IMG/VR virus record: IMGVR_UViG_3300037294_000399
Location: 1-64,000 of that record
Direction: 5' to 3' (one strand)
DNA from: a virus
Length of the DNA: 64,000 nt
The position numbers and the translations under genes were made by a program. The notes below the pieces were generated by a model. The model had not been told where the DNA came from and did not search any database. It was given only the letters and a program-made list of their open reading frames with translations. Shown here one piece after another: positions 27,313 through 37,874 of the stretch. Each line of letters begins with the position of its first letter. The first letter of the stretch is position 1.

Positions 27313-28083
27313 ATGAAAAGATTATTTAAACCGTTTGAGCGACTTAAAGGTTCTAGTACAACAACAATACTAGTTTCTTGGTTAGTTATCTTATTTGTGT
27401 TTTGGGGTGTAAATAGCTTAGGAACAACAAACATGTTCCCAACACCAAAACAAGTACTACATGGATTACAAAATTTATGGTGGGAAGGTCTCATTGTTCA
27501 TTTGGGTAGTTCAATTGCGTTGTGTGGTCAAGCAGTATTTATTTCAATAGTGATTTCATTACTATTTGCTTATACGTCAGCAATTCCATTTTTTAAACCA
27601 GTAGGTACCTTTATATCTAAGCTTAGATATTTGCCATTGACGGGTATTGCGTTTTATTTAGCTATAATAATTCAAGATGCTAGAAATCTTCAAGTATGGG
27701 TTCTTGTAGTGTTTATGACAACATTCTTAACTACTGGTCTTATGCAAATGATTAAAGATATACCAGAAGAAGAATTTGACCACGCTAGAACACTTGGGTG
27801 TAACAGATGGGAAACACTTTGGGAAGTTGTAATTAAAGGTCGTATTGACTACGTATTTGAGTTAGTAAGGCAAAACTTAGCTATTGTGTGGATGATGCTT
27901 GTAACTGTTGAATCTATTCTTGTAGCTGCTGGTGGGTTAGGGTTCCTAATTAAAAACAATGATAAGTTAGGTGATGCTGGTAAAGTAATTGCTTTGCAAA
28001 TAATCATAGTAGTGGTAGGGTTGTCTTTGGACTTCATCATCACAAAATTGAGAAAATTAATCTTTAGATATTCAAACTATTAA
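27313..28083 (+). CDS. ABC transporter permease (SsuC/TauC-like)
   Basis: FPTP, RYLP, EAA-like loop ARTLG, GLGFLI. Confidence 0.88.
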   Translation: MKRLFKPFERLKGSSTTTILVSWLVILFVFWGVNSLGTTNMFPTPKQVLHGLQNLWWEGLIVHLGSSIALCGQAVFISIVISLLFAYTSAIPFFKPVGTFISKLRYLPLTGIAFYLAIIIQDARNLQVWVLVVFMTTFLTTGLMQMIKDIPEEEFDHARTLGCNRWETLWEVVIKGRIDYVFELVRQNLAIVWMMLVTVESILVAAGGLGFLIKNNDKLGDAGKVIALQIIIVVVGLSLDFIITKLRKLIFRYSNY

Positions 28084-28086
28084 TAT

Positions 28087-28908
28087 ATGAGTTATAAAGC
28101 AGAACAAACGTTATTATACGTTAAGGACCTAAGTGCTGGTTATGATGGGAAGATTATCCTTAAAGATATATCATTTGAGGAAAAAGACATCGTTAGAGAA
28201 GGGGTAGAATCGACAGGGCAAATAATTGCATTTATTGGTCGCTCTGGTCGTGGTAAATCTACATTGTTTAAAACACTTACTGGTTTATTAAAGCCACTAA
28301 CTGGACAAATGTTGATATCAGATATGTCAACAGATGAAATGGATGACGCTAAAAAATTGTCTGAGGGTGATATAGGTTTTGTGGACCAAAAGTATACGCT
28401 TTTCCGTCACAAAACAATCATACAGATTTGTGAATATGCGTTGCGTAAATCAACACTTACAAAAGAGGAAAAGAAAGTGCTTATCACAGAGTACTTGACT
28501 GATTGGGGTCTTGAAGAACACAAAGATAAATATTCATGTGAGTTATCTGGTGGTCAAAGACAAAGAACAGCAATCATTGAGCAAATGCTTTCGTCTAAAC
28601 GTTTTATGATTCTAGACGAACCATTTTCTGGTTTAGATGTTGGGAATATTGAGAAAGTAAAAGAGTCTTTCAATCGAATTAGCGCTACCAACGAATATAA
28701 TACGATTATTTTTTCAACACATGATTTACGTCTTGCTGCTGAATTGGCTGATAGTATTTACATCGTTGGTTTTCCAGAAGGCACTACTGATTATTCTACT
28801 ATCGTTGGTCACTACGACTTAAAAAAACTAGGATTAGCTTGGCAACCATATGGTGATGGACATACAAGGTTAGTTGAAGAAATGAAACAATTGTTATTGC
28901 ATTCATAA
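28087..28908 (+). CDS. ABC transporter ATPase
   Basis: GRSGRGKST, LSGGQRQR, ILDEPF, STHD. Confidence 0.93.
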   Translation: MSYKAEQTLLYVKDLSAGYDGKIILKDISFEEKDIVREGVESTGQIIAFIGRSGRGKSTLFKTLTGLLKPLTGQMLISDMSTDEMDDAKKLSEGDIGFVDQKYTLFRHKTIIQICEYALRKSTLTKEEKKVLITEYLTDWGLEEHKDKYSCELSGGQRQRTAIIEQMLSSKRFMILDEPFSGLDVGNIEKVKESFNRISATNEYNTIIFSTHDLRLAAELADSIYIVGFPEGTTDYSTIVGHYDLKKLGLAWQPYGDGHTRLVEEMKQLLLHS

Positions 28909-29025
28909 TGAATAAAGAATAAAAAACCATATATTACATCTAAAAAACACATTGAATATATTTATAGTATGTGTTAATGTTAAATTGAGTACCAAAACAT
29001 AATATTAACCTTAAACAAAGATAAA

Positions 29026-29190
29026 ATGAAAAAAATGATTCTTGTTCTTGTTGTGATAGCGTCTTTAACAGCATGTACTGGTAAAGCTAAAACACAAGAT
29101 ACTACTGCTACGGATTCGACAGCGGTAACAATTGATTCAGTTGCTACTAGTGTAGATACTACAACAGTAGATACAACTGCAACTAAATAA
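29026..29190 (+). CDS. Small Thr/Asp-rich lipoprotein
   Basis: MKKMILVLVVIASLTAC lipobox; DTT/DST/DSV repeats. Confidence 0.75.
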   Translation: MKKMILVLVVIASLTACTGKAKTQDTTATDSTAVTIDSVATSVDTTTVDTTATK

Positions 29191-29333
29191 TTATGAGTGG
29201 GGCATTAATTTGCCCCTCTTATACTAGGAAAAATAAGACCCATCATGTGTTTAAAAGCACTAGGTCACGACTAAATATAATACTATGGACAGTGAGAGGA
29301 ACAGTAACGAGAAAAGTGATGGCGACAGTCTGC

Positions 29334-30251
29334 CTAATTTATTAAACCCTTAAATAATACATCAATATCATTAATTTTATTAAATTTAACCCTAATTAAT
29401 TTAGGGTTTTCTTTTTTATTACAATATAAGGTCTTAATTTTATCTCGTTTTTTAACCATTGATAAATTACTATTTTTATGAGTAAATACGCTTATTTCTT
29501 TAAAGTGTTGCTCTCCGTCATATTCAATGCAAATATCGTAATCTGGTAAGTAAAAGTCAAAAGGTAATGGTCTAATATCCCTACAATCTTTAAACTTATG
29601 TTGTTTAACATATTTTATGTTATGCTTATCTAACCATTGTTTAATTGTACGTTCACCTTTAGATTCATTACACATAGGACAACCATTTTTATTTGATATG
29701 TGGTCATTAGGTGTTTGTTCGAATCCACCATGTTTAGGGCAGACGATTCTCACTTTCTTATTAGTTTTTTCGTATGTTACTTTTGAGTAATCGTAAAATA
29801 AACCATGCACATTAGTGGCTTTATTAATAAAATACTCAGTTGACTTGGTTCTACCATTGGCTCTTGTTATTTGTCCACACAATTGACAACCATAACCAAA
29901 TAAATGATTTGATGCTGTTTGTTCAAATTGCCCATGTTCTGGGCATGTTATCTTAATTAGTTCATTAGATTTATTAAACGAAACTAATTTGTAACAATAT
30001 TTGTTATTATGTTTTTCATTTGCTTTAGATATAAAATCAGTTAGTGTTAATTTAGTACCACCATTACATTTTGGACAACTATGATTCCTAACATGACTAT
30101 CTGGTGTTTGTTCAAACTCACCATGATTAGGGCAAATTATTGTTACTTTATTATGTGGTCCTTCATAGGTTACTTTTGAGTAATCATACTTATCACCATG
30201 AGTATTTATAGCTCTGTCGATAAATTTTGTTTGTTTTAATTCTTGTTTCAT
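29334..30251 (-). CDS. Homing endonuclease: DUF723-like zinc repeats plus Vsr/DUF559-like nuclease
   Basis: Repeated YDYSKV...ICPxHGxFxQ; LPFDFYLP...IEYDGEQH. Confidence 0.85.
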   Translation of the reverse strand: MKQELKQTKFIDRAINTHGDKYDYSKVTYEGPHNKVTIICPNHGEFEQTPDSHVRNHSCPKCNGGTKLTLTDFISKANEKHNNKYCYKLVSFNKSNELIKITCPEHGQFEQTASNHLFGYGCQLCGQITRANGRTKSTEYFINKATNVHGLFYDYSKVTYEKTNKKVRIVCPKHGGFEQTPNDHISNKNGCPMCNESKGERTIKQWLDKHNIKYVKQHKFKDCRDIRPLPFDFYLPDYDICIEYDGEQHFKEISVFTHKNSNLSMVKKRDKIKTLYCNKKENPKLIRVKFNKINDIDVLFKGLIN

Positions 30252-30359
30252 ATGTTTCTGTATAATAAATATCTAGGTTTTCGATAAAAACCGTTTCTAA
30301 CACAAAATAGTTTCGAAATATTTGCATTTTAATTAAATTTTTAGTACCTTTGCTTATAA

Positions 30360-30875
30360 ATGAAAAAATTAGAAATATATAGTAAATCTCATTCAATCGA
30401 AGACTGGGAGAAAATAATAAGATTAAAATTCTACGATATACCATTCAGAACTAGAGGAGATGATATTTATAAAATTTTAGGTACTGATGATAAGGAAAAA
30501 AATATAATAAATGAAGCATCACTATTAATTTATAGTAAAGATATTGGTGTATTATCTTTTGAAGATGCTTGTAATAAATTGCAAATTTCAAATGTAATTC
30601 AAAATATTCCCAATGAGTTTGTAGCTGGATATAAGTTAAAGATTATAATCAAAGCACTTAACGAAGGTTGGGTACCAGATTGGAATAACTCTAATCAACT
30701 TAAGTATTTTAACTATTTTAATATGAAGGGTGGTTTTTCGTATTTTTATACTTATTATTACGCTACTAATACGATTGTTCCCTCGGCCCTTTTATTTAAG
30801 AACTTTGATTTAGCTCTTTACTGTGGTAAACAATTTGAATATTTATTTGAAGAATATTATAAACAAATATTATAA
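30360..30875 (+). CDS. Hypothetical phage protein
   Basis: ALNEGWVPDWNN motif. Confidence 0.65.
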   Translation: MKKLEIYSKSHSIEDWEKIIRLKFYDIPFRTRGDDIYKILGTDDKEKNIINEASLLIYSKDIGVLSFEDACNKLQISNVIQNIPNEFVAGYKLKIIIKALNEGWVPDWNNSNQLKYFNYFNMKGGFSYFYTYYYATNTIVPSALLFKNFDLALYCGKQFEYLFEEYYKQIL

Positions 30876-30926
30876 TCTTTATATTTATATTAAAATAAGA
30901 TAGTGTAAATTTAATTATGGATAAAA

Positions 30927-31358
30927 GTGATAATGATAAACAGGAAGGTGATAGGTACACTATGTTTGGTTCTGGCCAGCTTTCTAAACCCGTTTGGGTT
31001 CGATATTTTGGTTTTCAAACTAACTCAGTTAACCAACGACTATTGGAGTACAATGTACGTGCTATATTTATTAGCATTCCTATCGTTCTCTTTGTCTTAC
31101 TTGTTCTTTAAAACTGGGAAACGAAAAATAGGTAACTTATCAATTACTTTGGCACTATTTTTAAATCCTTTGGGTTATGATTTGGTTGTTCACGGTATCA
31201 TGTTACTAACAAAAAGTTATTGGTTAACAATGACTATAATGTATGCGATAACAACATTATTCTTTGGGTTGTTTGCTTATTTTGAAAACATAAAATTCAT
31301 TAGTCGTGTTAAAAATATACATATAAAAATTAAAAATAAATTTAGTAAAAATGGATAA
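30927..31358 (+). CDS. Membrane protein with internal repeat
   Basis: FLNPFGFD / FLNPLGYD duplicated two-TM unit. Confidence 0.7.
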   Translation: MIMINRKVIGTLCLVLASFLNPFGFDILVFKLTQLTNDYWSTMYVLYLLAFLSFSLSYLFFKTGKRKIGNLSITLALFLNPLGYDLVVHGIMLLTKSYWLTMTIMYAITTLFFGLFAYFENIKFISRVKNIHIKIKNKFSKNG

Positions 31359-31815
31359 ATCTTTTGATGACCTATTCAACCAATTTTTTGGTGGTAAAAG
31401 AAATAAAAAAAACTCTGATGATAAACCAACTGATTTTAATAAAGCCAAAAATGAGAATATCAAAAAAATGATTGATATGATATCTAATATGGAAGAAGTT
31501 ACTGGTTCACATATTGCTGGTCAGATTGATGATGGATTAGGTGAACCAAACCAAGTTGAATATTATGAAGAAGATGGAATGTATTTTGAAAAGAAAACAT
31601 GGAAAGTATTTGGTGGTGAAATGGTAAAAGTAATCATGTCAGATGAACCATTTAACGAATATGCGGAAGAAAATAAAGAATCTCAGTTAACATTACAAGA
31701 ACAATTAGAGGATGCTGTAAAAAATGAAAACTATGAAATGGCAGCAAAATTAATGGGTTTAATAAAAAAAGAAGAAAAAAAACAAAAAAAAATACAAAAA
31801 GACTTGCTTTTATAA
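31351..31815 (+). CDS. UVR (UvrB/C motif) domain protein
   Basis: LEDAVKNENYEMAAKL. Confidence 0.7.
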   Translation: MDKSFDDLFNQFFGGKRNKKNSDDKPTDFNKAKNENIKKMIDMISNMEEVTGSHIAGQIDDGLGEPNQVEYYEEDGMYFEKKTWKVFGGEMVKVIMSDEPFNEYAEENKESQLTLQEQLEDAVKNENYEMAAKLMGLIKKEEKKQKKIQKDLLL

Positions 31816-31823
31816 AATAAAAG

Positions 31824-31863
31824 TAGTACCTTTGTGTAACTTTTAGAAATAGAGGTATATTTA
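31824..31863 (+). promoter_or_regulatory. tRNA-operon promoter cassette, copy 3
   Basis: tagtacctttgtgtaacttttagaaatagaggtatattta. Confidence 0.8.
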
Positions 31864-31897
31864 TTAGAAAAGAGGTAAAACTCACAAACAAAAAATT

Positions 31898-31999
31898 ATG
31901 AAAACAACAACGACATATCAAACGCAATATCAACCGAAGGGCGGGAAGCCTCAAGGGAAGACTGGGTATGTCATGTTTGAAGACGTGATATTAGGATAA
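31898..31999 (+). CDS. Attenuator leader peptide 3 (Lys/Thr/Tyr/Gln/Pro/Gly): MKTTTTYQTQYQPKGGKPQGKTGYVMFEDVILG
   Basis: Residues 2-24 use only K,T,Y,Q,P,G; downstream tRNAs are Pro, Gln, Tyr, Thr, Gly, Lys. Confidence 0.88.
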   Translation: MKTTTTYQTQYQPKGGKPQGKTGYVMFEDVILG

Positions 32000-32024
32000 A
32001 ATTATAAACGTATAATTTTTACAC

Positions 32025-32057
32025 AACCCAGTCAGAGAAATCTAGGCTGGGTTTTTT
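32025..32057 (+). terminator. Attenuator terminator 3
   Basis: aacccagtcaga-GAAA-tctaggctgggtt + T run; alternative pairing gactgggt 31960-31967 with acccagtc 32026-32033. Confidence 0.85.
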
Positions 32058-32064
32058 ATTTTAT

Positions 32065-32140
32065 CTAGGTGTGGGAAAGTTGGTAATCCGCATGGTTTGG
32101 GACCATGAGACCGCAAGTTCGACCCTTGCCACTTAGACCA
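32065..32140 (+). tRNA. tRNA-Pro(TGG)
   Basis: catgg-ttTGGga-ccatg, CCA. Confidence 0.92.
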
Positions 32141-32198
32141 GAAGAGACTGTTACCAATTCATAGAACTACATGTTGTGAGCGTAGAATTGGAAATTAT

Positions 32199-32272
32199 CG
32201 AGTAGTATAGGAGCGGTTTATCTAACCTACCTTGGACGTAGGAGCACGCTGGTTCAAATCCAGCCTATTCGA
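32199..32272 (+). tRNA. tRNA-Pro(TGG), divergent
   Basis: cctac-ctTGGac-gtagg. Confidence 0.8.
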
Positions 32273-32276
32273 CTAA

Positions 32277-32348
32277 TGAAGAATCGTCTAATTAATAAGA
32301 CAAACACGTTAAAGTGTTAAATGTAGGTGTGAATCCTACTTCTTCTAC
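32277..32348 (+). pseudogene. Degenerate tRNA
   Basis: Cloverleaf outline with 6-nt loop aacac-gttaaa-gtgtt and altered T loop. Confidence 0.45.
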
Positions 32349-32356
32349 TAATATAA

Positions 32357-32427
32357 TGTCGTATAGTGTAATGGCAGCACGTCTGGTTTTGAGCCAGAAG
32401 ATATAGGTTCGACCCCTGTTATGACAA
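32357..32427 (+). tRNA. tRNA-Gln(TTG)
   Basis: tctgg-ttTTGag-ccaga; U1-A72. Confidence 0.88.
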
Positions 32428-32558
32428 CAAAACGAGATAACCCTTTTGAGTGGGGCGGTACTAAGAGTAATTAACTTAGTTTGTGGGTTCGAATTCTATT
32501 ACCTCCACGATATGCTGTTAGATTTTAAGCTTTATTGGTAAAGGTAAAAAATTATTAT

Positions 32559-32641
<83 letters not shown>

Positions 32642-32703
32642 CTGTGAAATAGGTGAGATTAAATAAATGGGTCTGAGGGAGTCCATTAAGGAACCCTCTC
32701 CAT

Positions 32704-32777
32704 GCTCTGTACGCACGAAAGGTGGTGCACTGGATTTGTAACCCAGAATAGAATCGGTTCGATTCCGATACAGAGCT
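32704..32777 (+). tRNA. tRNA-Thr(TGT)
   Basis: ctgga-ttTGTaa-cccag; acceptor gctctgt/acagagc. Confidence 0.85.
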
Positions 32778-32825
32778 CAATAAATAAGTATAATACGCAT
32801 TGAAATATACGTATTATACCAAAAT

Positions 32826-32899
32826 GCGGATATAGCTCAATTGATTAGAGCACTAGCCTTCCAAGCTGGGGGTTGTGGGTTTGAGTCCCACTATCCGCT
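32826..32899 (+). tRNA. tRNA-Gly(TCC)
   Basis: ctagc-ctTCCaa-gctgg. Confidence 0.92.
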
Positions 32900-32973
32900 C
32901 TAGTTTAAAAATCGTTGCATGTAGCGAAGATAGTCAAGCTAACTATCACCCAGTTAAGCGATTCTGGGTAAAT

Positions 32974-33036
32974 GCGAGAGTAGCTCAGTGGTAGAGCATC
33001 TGGTTACCAACTAGAGGGTCGTTGGTTCGAACCCCA
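32974..33036 (+). pseudogene. Truncated tRNA-Gly(ACC)
   Basis: gcgagag start, tctgg-ttACCaa-ctaga, 3' acceptor strand missing. Confidence 0.6.
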
Positions 33037-33188
33037 CAAATGTATATTACAATATACAAAAAGATATAAAAACAGTAAAATGTATATTATAATATACAAA
33101 ACAAAATGATTATGAAAACAACAAAATTGGTATAATAGAACATTATAAATACCTTCATTGGTTCAAATCCAATCGGGGGTACTAAAAA

Positions 33189-33260
33189 TCCCTCGTAGCA
33201 AACTGGCGTAGGCAATAGACTTTTAATCTATGGGGCTGGGTTCGACTCCCAGCGGGGGAA
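33189..33260 (+). tRNA. tRNA-Lys(TTT)
   Basis: ataga-ctTTTaa-tctat. Confidence 0.9.
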
Positions 33261-33756
33261 CAATTAGTTGATAATCAAGTCACTAAACTATATTTTGCAC
33301 AATAAAGTAGATTGGTTTATTGTGCAATTTTTGCTTTATTATAATACTATTTGGTCTGTATTTTTTATTAATATTTCATATATTTATAATAAAACAACAA
33401 TGTGAAAGACTTACTGAAAGTGTTACTTAGAGAGAACATATTAACTGAGATTGATTGGAATGAAAAATACAAAGATGTTTCTAAACAACCAACGAAAAAG
33501 GTAAAGTTGTGTTCATCAACGGTAAAAATGGCGCTAACGAATTAAAAAATCGTTTAGGTAAACTTTACAATGTTGAACCTTCTACTATATTAACTTATGA
33601 TGAAATGTTAAGTATGCCAGAAGGTGAACCATTATCATATAATGTTATCGTAAATCCTAAAGGTGATGGCGATAGAGGAGCACAAAGAAATGATATTAAA
33701 ACTAGTTTCTTATTGTTTCATTAAAAAAAAAATACTATGGATATTAAAAAAAAAAA

Positions 33757-34302
33757 TTGAGAAGTGCTTTATTAAAAGAAGGTAAACACAAAACACATAA
33801 AAATGAGTATGGTTGTCTAATGGTTTATTTAGATGTTACCAAAGAAGATTGGAATGAGTTACAGGACATGATTGATGATGATGACTTATATGTTGATAAA
33901 GAAGACCCAAGCTACGGTAGAGAGAATGAACCACATGCAACGGTTTTATTTGGTTTTCATGCAGACGTTAAAGATGTAGATATAGAAAAAGAGATTTATA
34001 AGGTTAAAACACCTAAAATTGGTTTTAAAGGTATATCAGCATTTAGCAATGAAAAGTTTGATGTGTTGAAGTTTGATGTTGATAGTGAAGATATGCATAA
34101 AATGAATTCAAAATTTAAGCAATTCCCACACACAAATAATTTCCCAGATTACCACCCACATGTTACTATTGCGTATTTAAAACCAAAAACTGCTGATAAA
34201 TACATAAAGAAAATGAAAGGTATGGAAGAAATGCCAATCAAACTAGATAAGTTGGTTTATTCAAAACCAGATGGTGATAAAAAAACCTACGAATTAAAAT
34301 AA
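33757..34302 (+). CDS. 2H phosphoesterase, T4 gp57B/Acb1-like
   Basis: EPHATV and YHPHVTIAY; located beside a tRNA cluster like T4 57B. Confidence 0.7.
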   Translation: MRSALLKEGKHKTHKNEYGCLMVYLDVTKEDWNELQDMIDDDDLYVDKEDPSYGRENEPHATVLFGFHADVKDVDIEKEIYKVKTPKIGFKGISAFSNEKFDVLKFDVDSEDMHKMNSKFKQFPHTNNFPDYHPHVTIAYLKPKTADKYIKKMKGMEEMPIKLDKLVYSKPDGDKKTYELK

Positions 34303-34328
34303 AAAAGGGCCTTGAGCCCTTTTTTTTA

Positions 34329-34475
34329 TTACTTACCTTGTCCGTTATACTTTTTTAAGTAGCTTTTAGAACGTTTAAGTTTGGAGGATTTACATTTTGA
34401 ATGTATACTTGGTCTTTTTTTTCTGGTTTTTTGGTTTGCACCAGAAGATGTTGAAGTTTGTTTTGCTTTTGCCAT
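34329..34475 (-). CDS. Small basic protein
   Basis: MAKAKQ...KSYLKKYNGQGK, preceded by GTATTTAT motif. Confidence 0.55.
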   Translation of the reverse strand: MAKAKQTSTSSGANQKTRKKRPSIHSKCKSSKLKRSKSYLKKYNGQGK

Positions 34476-34549
34476 AATAACTATTTTTTCTAATAAATAC
34501 TTGCATTTTTTCTTTTATTTGTGTATATTTGTAAAAAAACATAAATTAT

Positions 34550-34825
34550 ATGAAAAACACTATTTATATCGATATCGATACGGAAAGAGAACAACCGATT
34601 CTTATTGGAAAAGGTCCAGAAACATCACCACCAGAAACTAGGGAAGAAGCTGGTAAAATGATAGTTGAAGACATTGCATGTGTATGTGATGCACTAATTA
34701 ATTTGATACATGTAGCTGACCAAAATAGTTACGGTACCAAAGAAAGTTTAATTGAAAAAGTTAAAGGTCAGTTAAATGAGTACTTGTCAAATCCAACACC
34801 AAAAGATAACGAAAAATCAGAGTAA
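34550..34825 (+). CDS. Hypothetical protein
   Basis: 91 aa ORF. Confidence 0.65.
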   Translation: MKNTIYIDIDTEREQPILIGKGPETSPPETREEAGKMIVEDIACVCDALINLIHVADQNSYGTKESLIEKVKGQLNEYLSNPTPKDNEKSE

Positions 34826-35038
34826 TGATGGTTGGAAGAGATATTAATAACTGAAGACCAGAGAAAGAGAGCTAAAGAGCTTTACGAGTTCAATGTGTTG
34901 AACGGGTCAGTAACAGAAGGTAAAGGTAATGAAGTAGGTGCCTTGGGTGAAATTATTGTTTAAACATAGGTGAACTTGAAAATAAGTCTAAAAAGATTTG
35001 GAAGAAACAAATTAATTTAGTACCTTTGTTAAAAATAA

Positions 35039-35473
35039 TTGATTATGATTATAGACAAAACACAAAAAGATAAATTAACCGCTGTGCATTCGTTTACCGT
35101 TTTACCTCAAGACTTAAATTATGCAGATACTTTATTTGGGGGGAAAATAATGGCTGAGATGGATATTGCTGGTGTTAAAGTTGTAAGACGTGCTTTGTAT
35201 GGTACAGGTGCTGAAGGTTCGGTTACCGCAAGTGTTGATAGAATAGATTTTAAAAAACCAGCTTTCTTGGGTGATTAAATCACCATGATTGCCGAAATTA
35301 AAACGTTAGGTAAATCCAGCATTCAAATAAAAATTAGTGTGTCTAGAGAAAGTATTCAAGGGTTTATTGAAGACATATGTGCGGCTAATTTTACTTTTGT
35401 TGCTATGAAAGATAAGAAATCTTATCCACATGGGTTAAATTTTGATAAATTAGAAATTAAGGATGATGAGTGA
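35039..35473 (+). pseudogene. Acyl-CoA thioesterase (hotdog fold) with internal TAA at 35276
   Basis: DLNYADTLFGGKIMAEMD, VTASVDRIDFKKP...GD*, then in-frame GKSSI...FTFVAM. Confidence 0.75.
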
Positions 35474-36533
35474 ATCTAAAAAAAAAGCAAAGGAAAAAAG
35501 TGTTTTGGTAATTAAATCATGTGTTAATTGTAACCATATCAAATGTGCTAAATTATATTTAGATTTATATCTTTTAAGGTTCAATGACCTAGAATCATAT
35601 AATGAGTTATTACTTATCTACGATAAAAAGAAACAAGTCTTAAATTGTGAAAAACTATAATATGGTTGAGTTAGGTGAATTTACTATAGAGGAAATAATA
35701 GAACACTTAGAGTGGGAAGCTGATAATATAACGTTACATGAATTTAAGAAATTAAAAGAAATAGTAAAAGATGTTGACGAAGTTTTTAGTGAAAAAACAT
35801 TGGCCGAAAATTACTTGTACCAAAAAATATTATCTTTAGAATGTGCAATCGATAGATGGAAGTTGGATATCATATTAGAAAATTTACATAAACACACCTA
35901 TAATGAAATTTGTGAATTTTTTGAAAATAAATAAATAAATAAATATAATAAGTGATTATGGATGTAACATTTAGAAAAGAAATACACGGTAAAGAACTTT
36001 ACCTATATAACGCTAAAGGTGAACTAATATTTAAGCGTTGGTTAAATCAAAATAGGTCAGTGGTTTTTGATGTGATGACCTATGATAAACACACCCTAGT
36101 TTCGATAACAGATAAAATGTTGGAGGATGATAAAGGTAGTCAAAAAAGTACATAAAAAGTTGCATATTGTTAAATTAGTTAGTACCTTTGTTATATTATG
36201 AGTGATGAAAGAAAAAAAGCTGATAAAAAACCAGTTCCTAAATTGGAACCCAAAAAAAGGGTTGCGCCAATTCCCGTTCCAAAGGTAGAACCTAAGAAAC
36301 GAGCAGAGGTTAAACTTATAGCCAAGGAAATTCCTAAACCAATTATTCTAGAACCAACTGAAAAAGTTAAAAGGTCTGAAAATAAATATGTTAGAATATC
36401 TTTAGATGCTAAACAAGAAGAAAGAAAAGAGTTTAGTGAAAAAATGCAAAGGGGCGAATTAAAATTAGCTTATTATGCGATAGATGGTGATAAAAGTTAT
36501 CACTATTATTTAGTAATGAAAAAATAAACGGAT

Positions 36534-36929
36534 ATGACTTTAAAAGAGCAAATCAATGCGGGTTTCATGACTGCATTTAAAGCAAAAGATATGGAAAGAA
36601 AAAACTTCTTAGGTCTTGTTAAAGGTGAAATCCAAAATGAAGAAGGAAGAGGTACAGTAACTACTGATGGAAGTGTTTTGATTATTCTTAGAAAATTAGA
36701 AAAATCTATTAAACAAACAAACTCACCGCAGTCGTTAGTTGAATTGGAATATTTAAAACCTTATTTACCAAATCTTATGAGTGAAGACCAAATCAAAACA
36801 ATTATTCAAGGTTATAAAGAATCTGGTTTAACTAATACTGGTCAAATTATGGGCCAATTTAACAAAGAACACAAAGGGTTAGCTGATAATAAATTAGTTT
36901 CTGAAATTATTAAAGAATTGTTGCCTTAA
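36534..36929 (+). CDS. GatB/YqeY domain protein
   Basis: AFKAKD...LKPYLPNLMSE...GQIMG. Confidence 0.8.
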   Translation: MTLKEQINAGFMTAFKAKDMERKNFLGLVKGEIQNEEGRGTVTTDGSVLIILRKLEKSIKQTNSPQSLVELEYLKPYLPNLMSEDQIKTIIQGYKESGLTNTGQIMGQFNKEHKGLADNKLVSEIIKELLP

Positions 36930-37303
36930 TGTGGGTTTTTCTTTACATATTATTAGTACATTGGGTTGCTGATTTCTTATTACAAACTAGACACATGGCA
37001 ACTAGAAAAAGTGAAAGTAATTATTACCTTAATTTTCATGTTACGATTTATTCGTTTACGACTATTGTGTTATGGGTTTTATTTTTATTAACTATAGGTG
37101 TTCACGTTACTAAAATTAGTATATTATTATCATTTGGTGTAACCTTTGCAACACATTGGTTGACTGATTATGTTACCAGTAGACAAACAAGTAAATTTTA
37201 TAAAGCTGAAAATTATAAGGGTTTTTTTGATATGATTGGTTTTGACCAATTAATCCATGTTTTAATATTATTTTTAACATACAATTACATCATATTAAAT
37301 TAA
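36929..37303 (+). CDS. DUF3307 membrane protein
   Basis: HWVADFLLQ, HWLTD, DQLIH. Confidence 0.8.
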   Translation: MWVFLYILLVHWVADFLLQTRHMATRKSESNYYLNFHVTIYSFTTIVLWVLFLLTIGVHVTKISILLSFGVTFATHWLTDYVTSRQTSKFYKAENYKGFFDMIGFDQLIHVLILFLTYNYIILN

Positions 37304-37343
37304 AATTATGAATTAAGAACAAATCCATGCTAACTTAGATAAC

Positions 37344-37874
37344 ATGTTGGCAGACCATAAATCTAAAAAATTCCTTAATCATTTAGTTAGAGCTTACATG
37401 CCAGTAACTAATATTGAAAAAGTTTGGGATACACCAACAGGTGATTTCAAATGTGTTTTAACGAGAGAACCATTGTTTTCTTTGCAAGATATATTAAAAG
37501 GTGTCCAAACTGAAGAATATAAAGTTGCTTTAATGAACAATCTTAAAACAATGTTTGATGAAAACGCTAAAACATCCAACCCAATCACTGAAGTAATTGG
37601 AGATAAAAAAATGGGTCTTACTGGTAAAGATACAACAACTTTTATGACAGTTGAGGCGTTTCAAAGTTTTTATGATTGGGTAATGACAAAAGTGTTAAGA
37701 GGCGATAAACACATCAATTGGTTGGTTAGGGGTATAAACCGAAACTTTTCTGATAACTCTACAAATAGCCCTGTTGTTCAAGTAAAAGAAACTAAAAGTA
37801 GTAAAGCAACCTATACATTAGGTGATGCTAGTGAAGCTTTATTAAAATTAAAAGAAAAATTAGAAAATAAATGA
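37344..37874 (+). CDS. Hypothetical protein
   Basis: 176 aa ORF. Confidence 0.65.
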   Translation: MLADHKSKKFLNHLVRAYMPVTNIEKVWDTPTGDFKCVLTREPLFSLQDILKGVQTEEYKVALMNNLKTMFDENAKTSNPITEVIGDKKMGLTGKDTTTFMTVEAFQSFYDWVMTKVLRGDKHINWLVRGINRNFSDNSTNSPVVQVKETKSSKATYTLGDASEALLKLKEKLENK

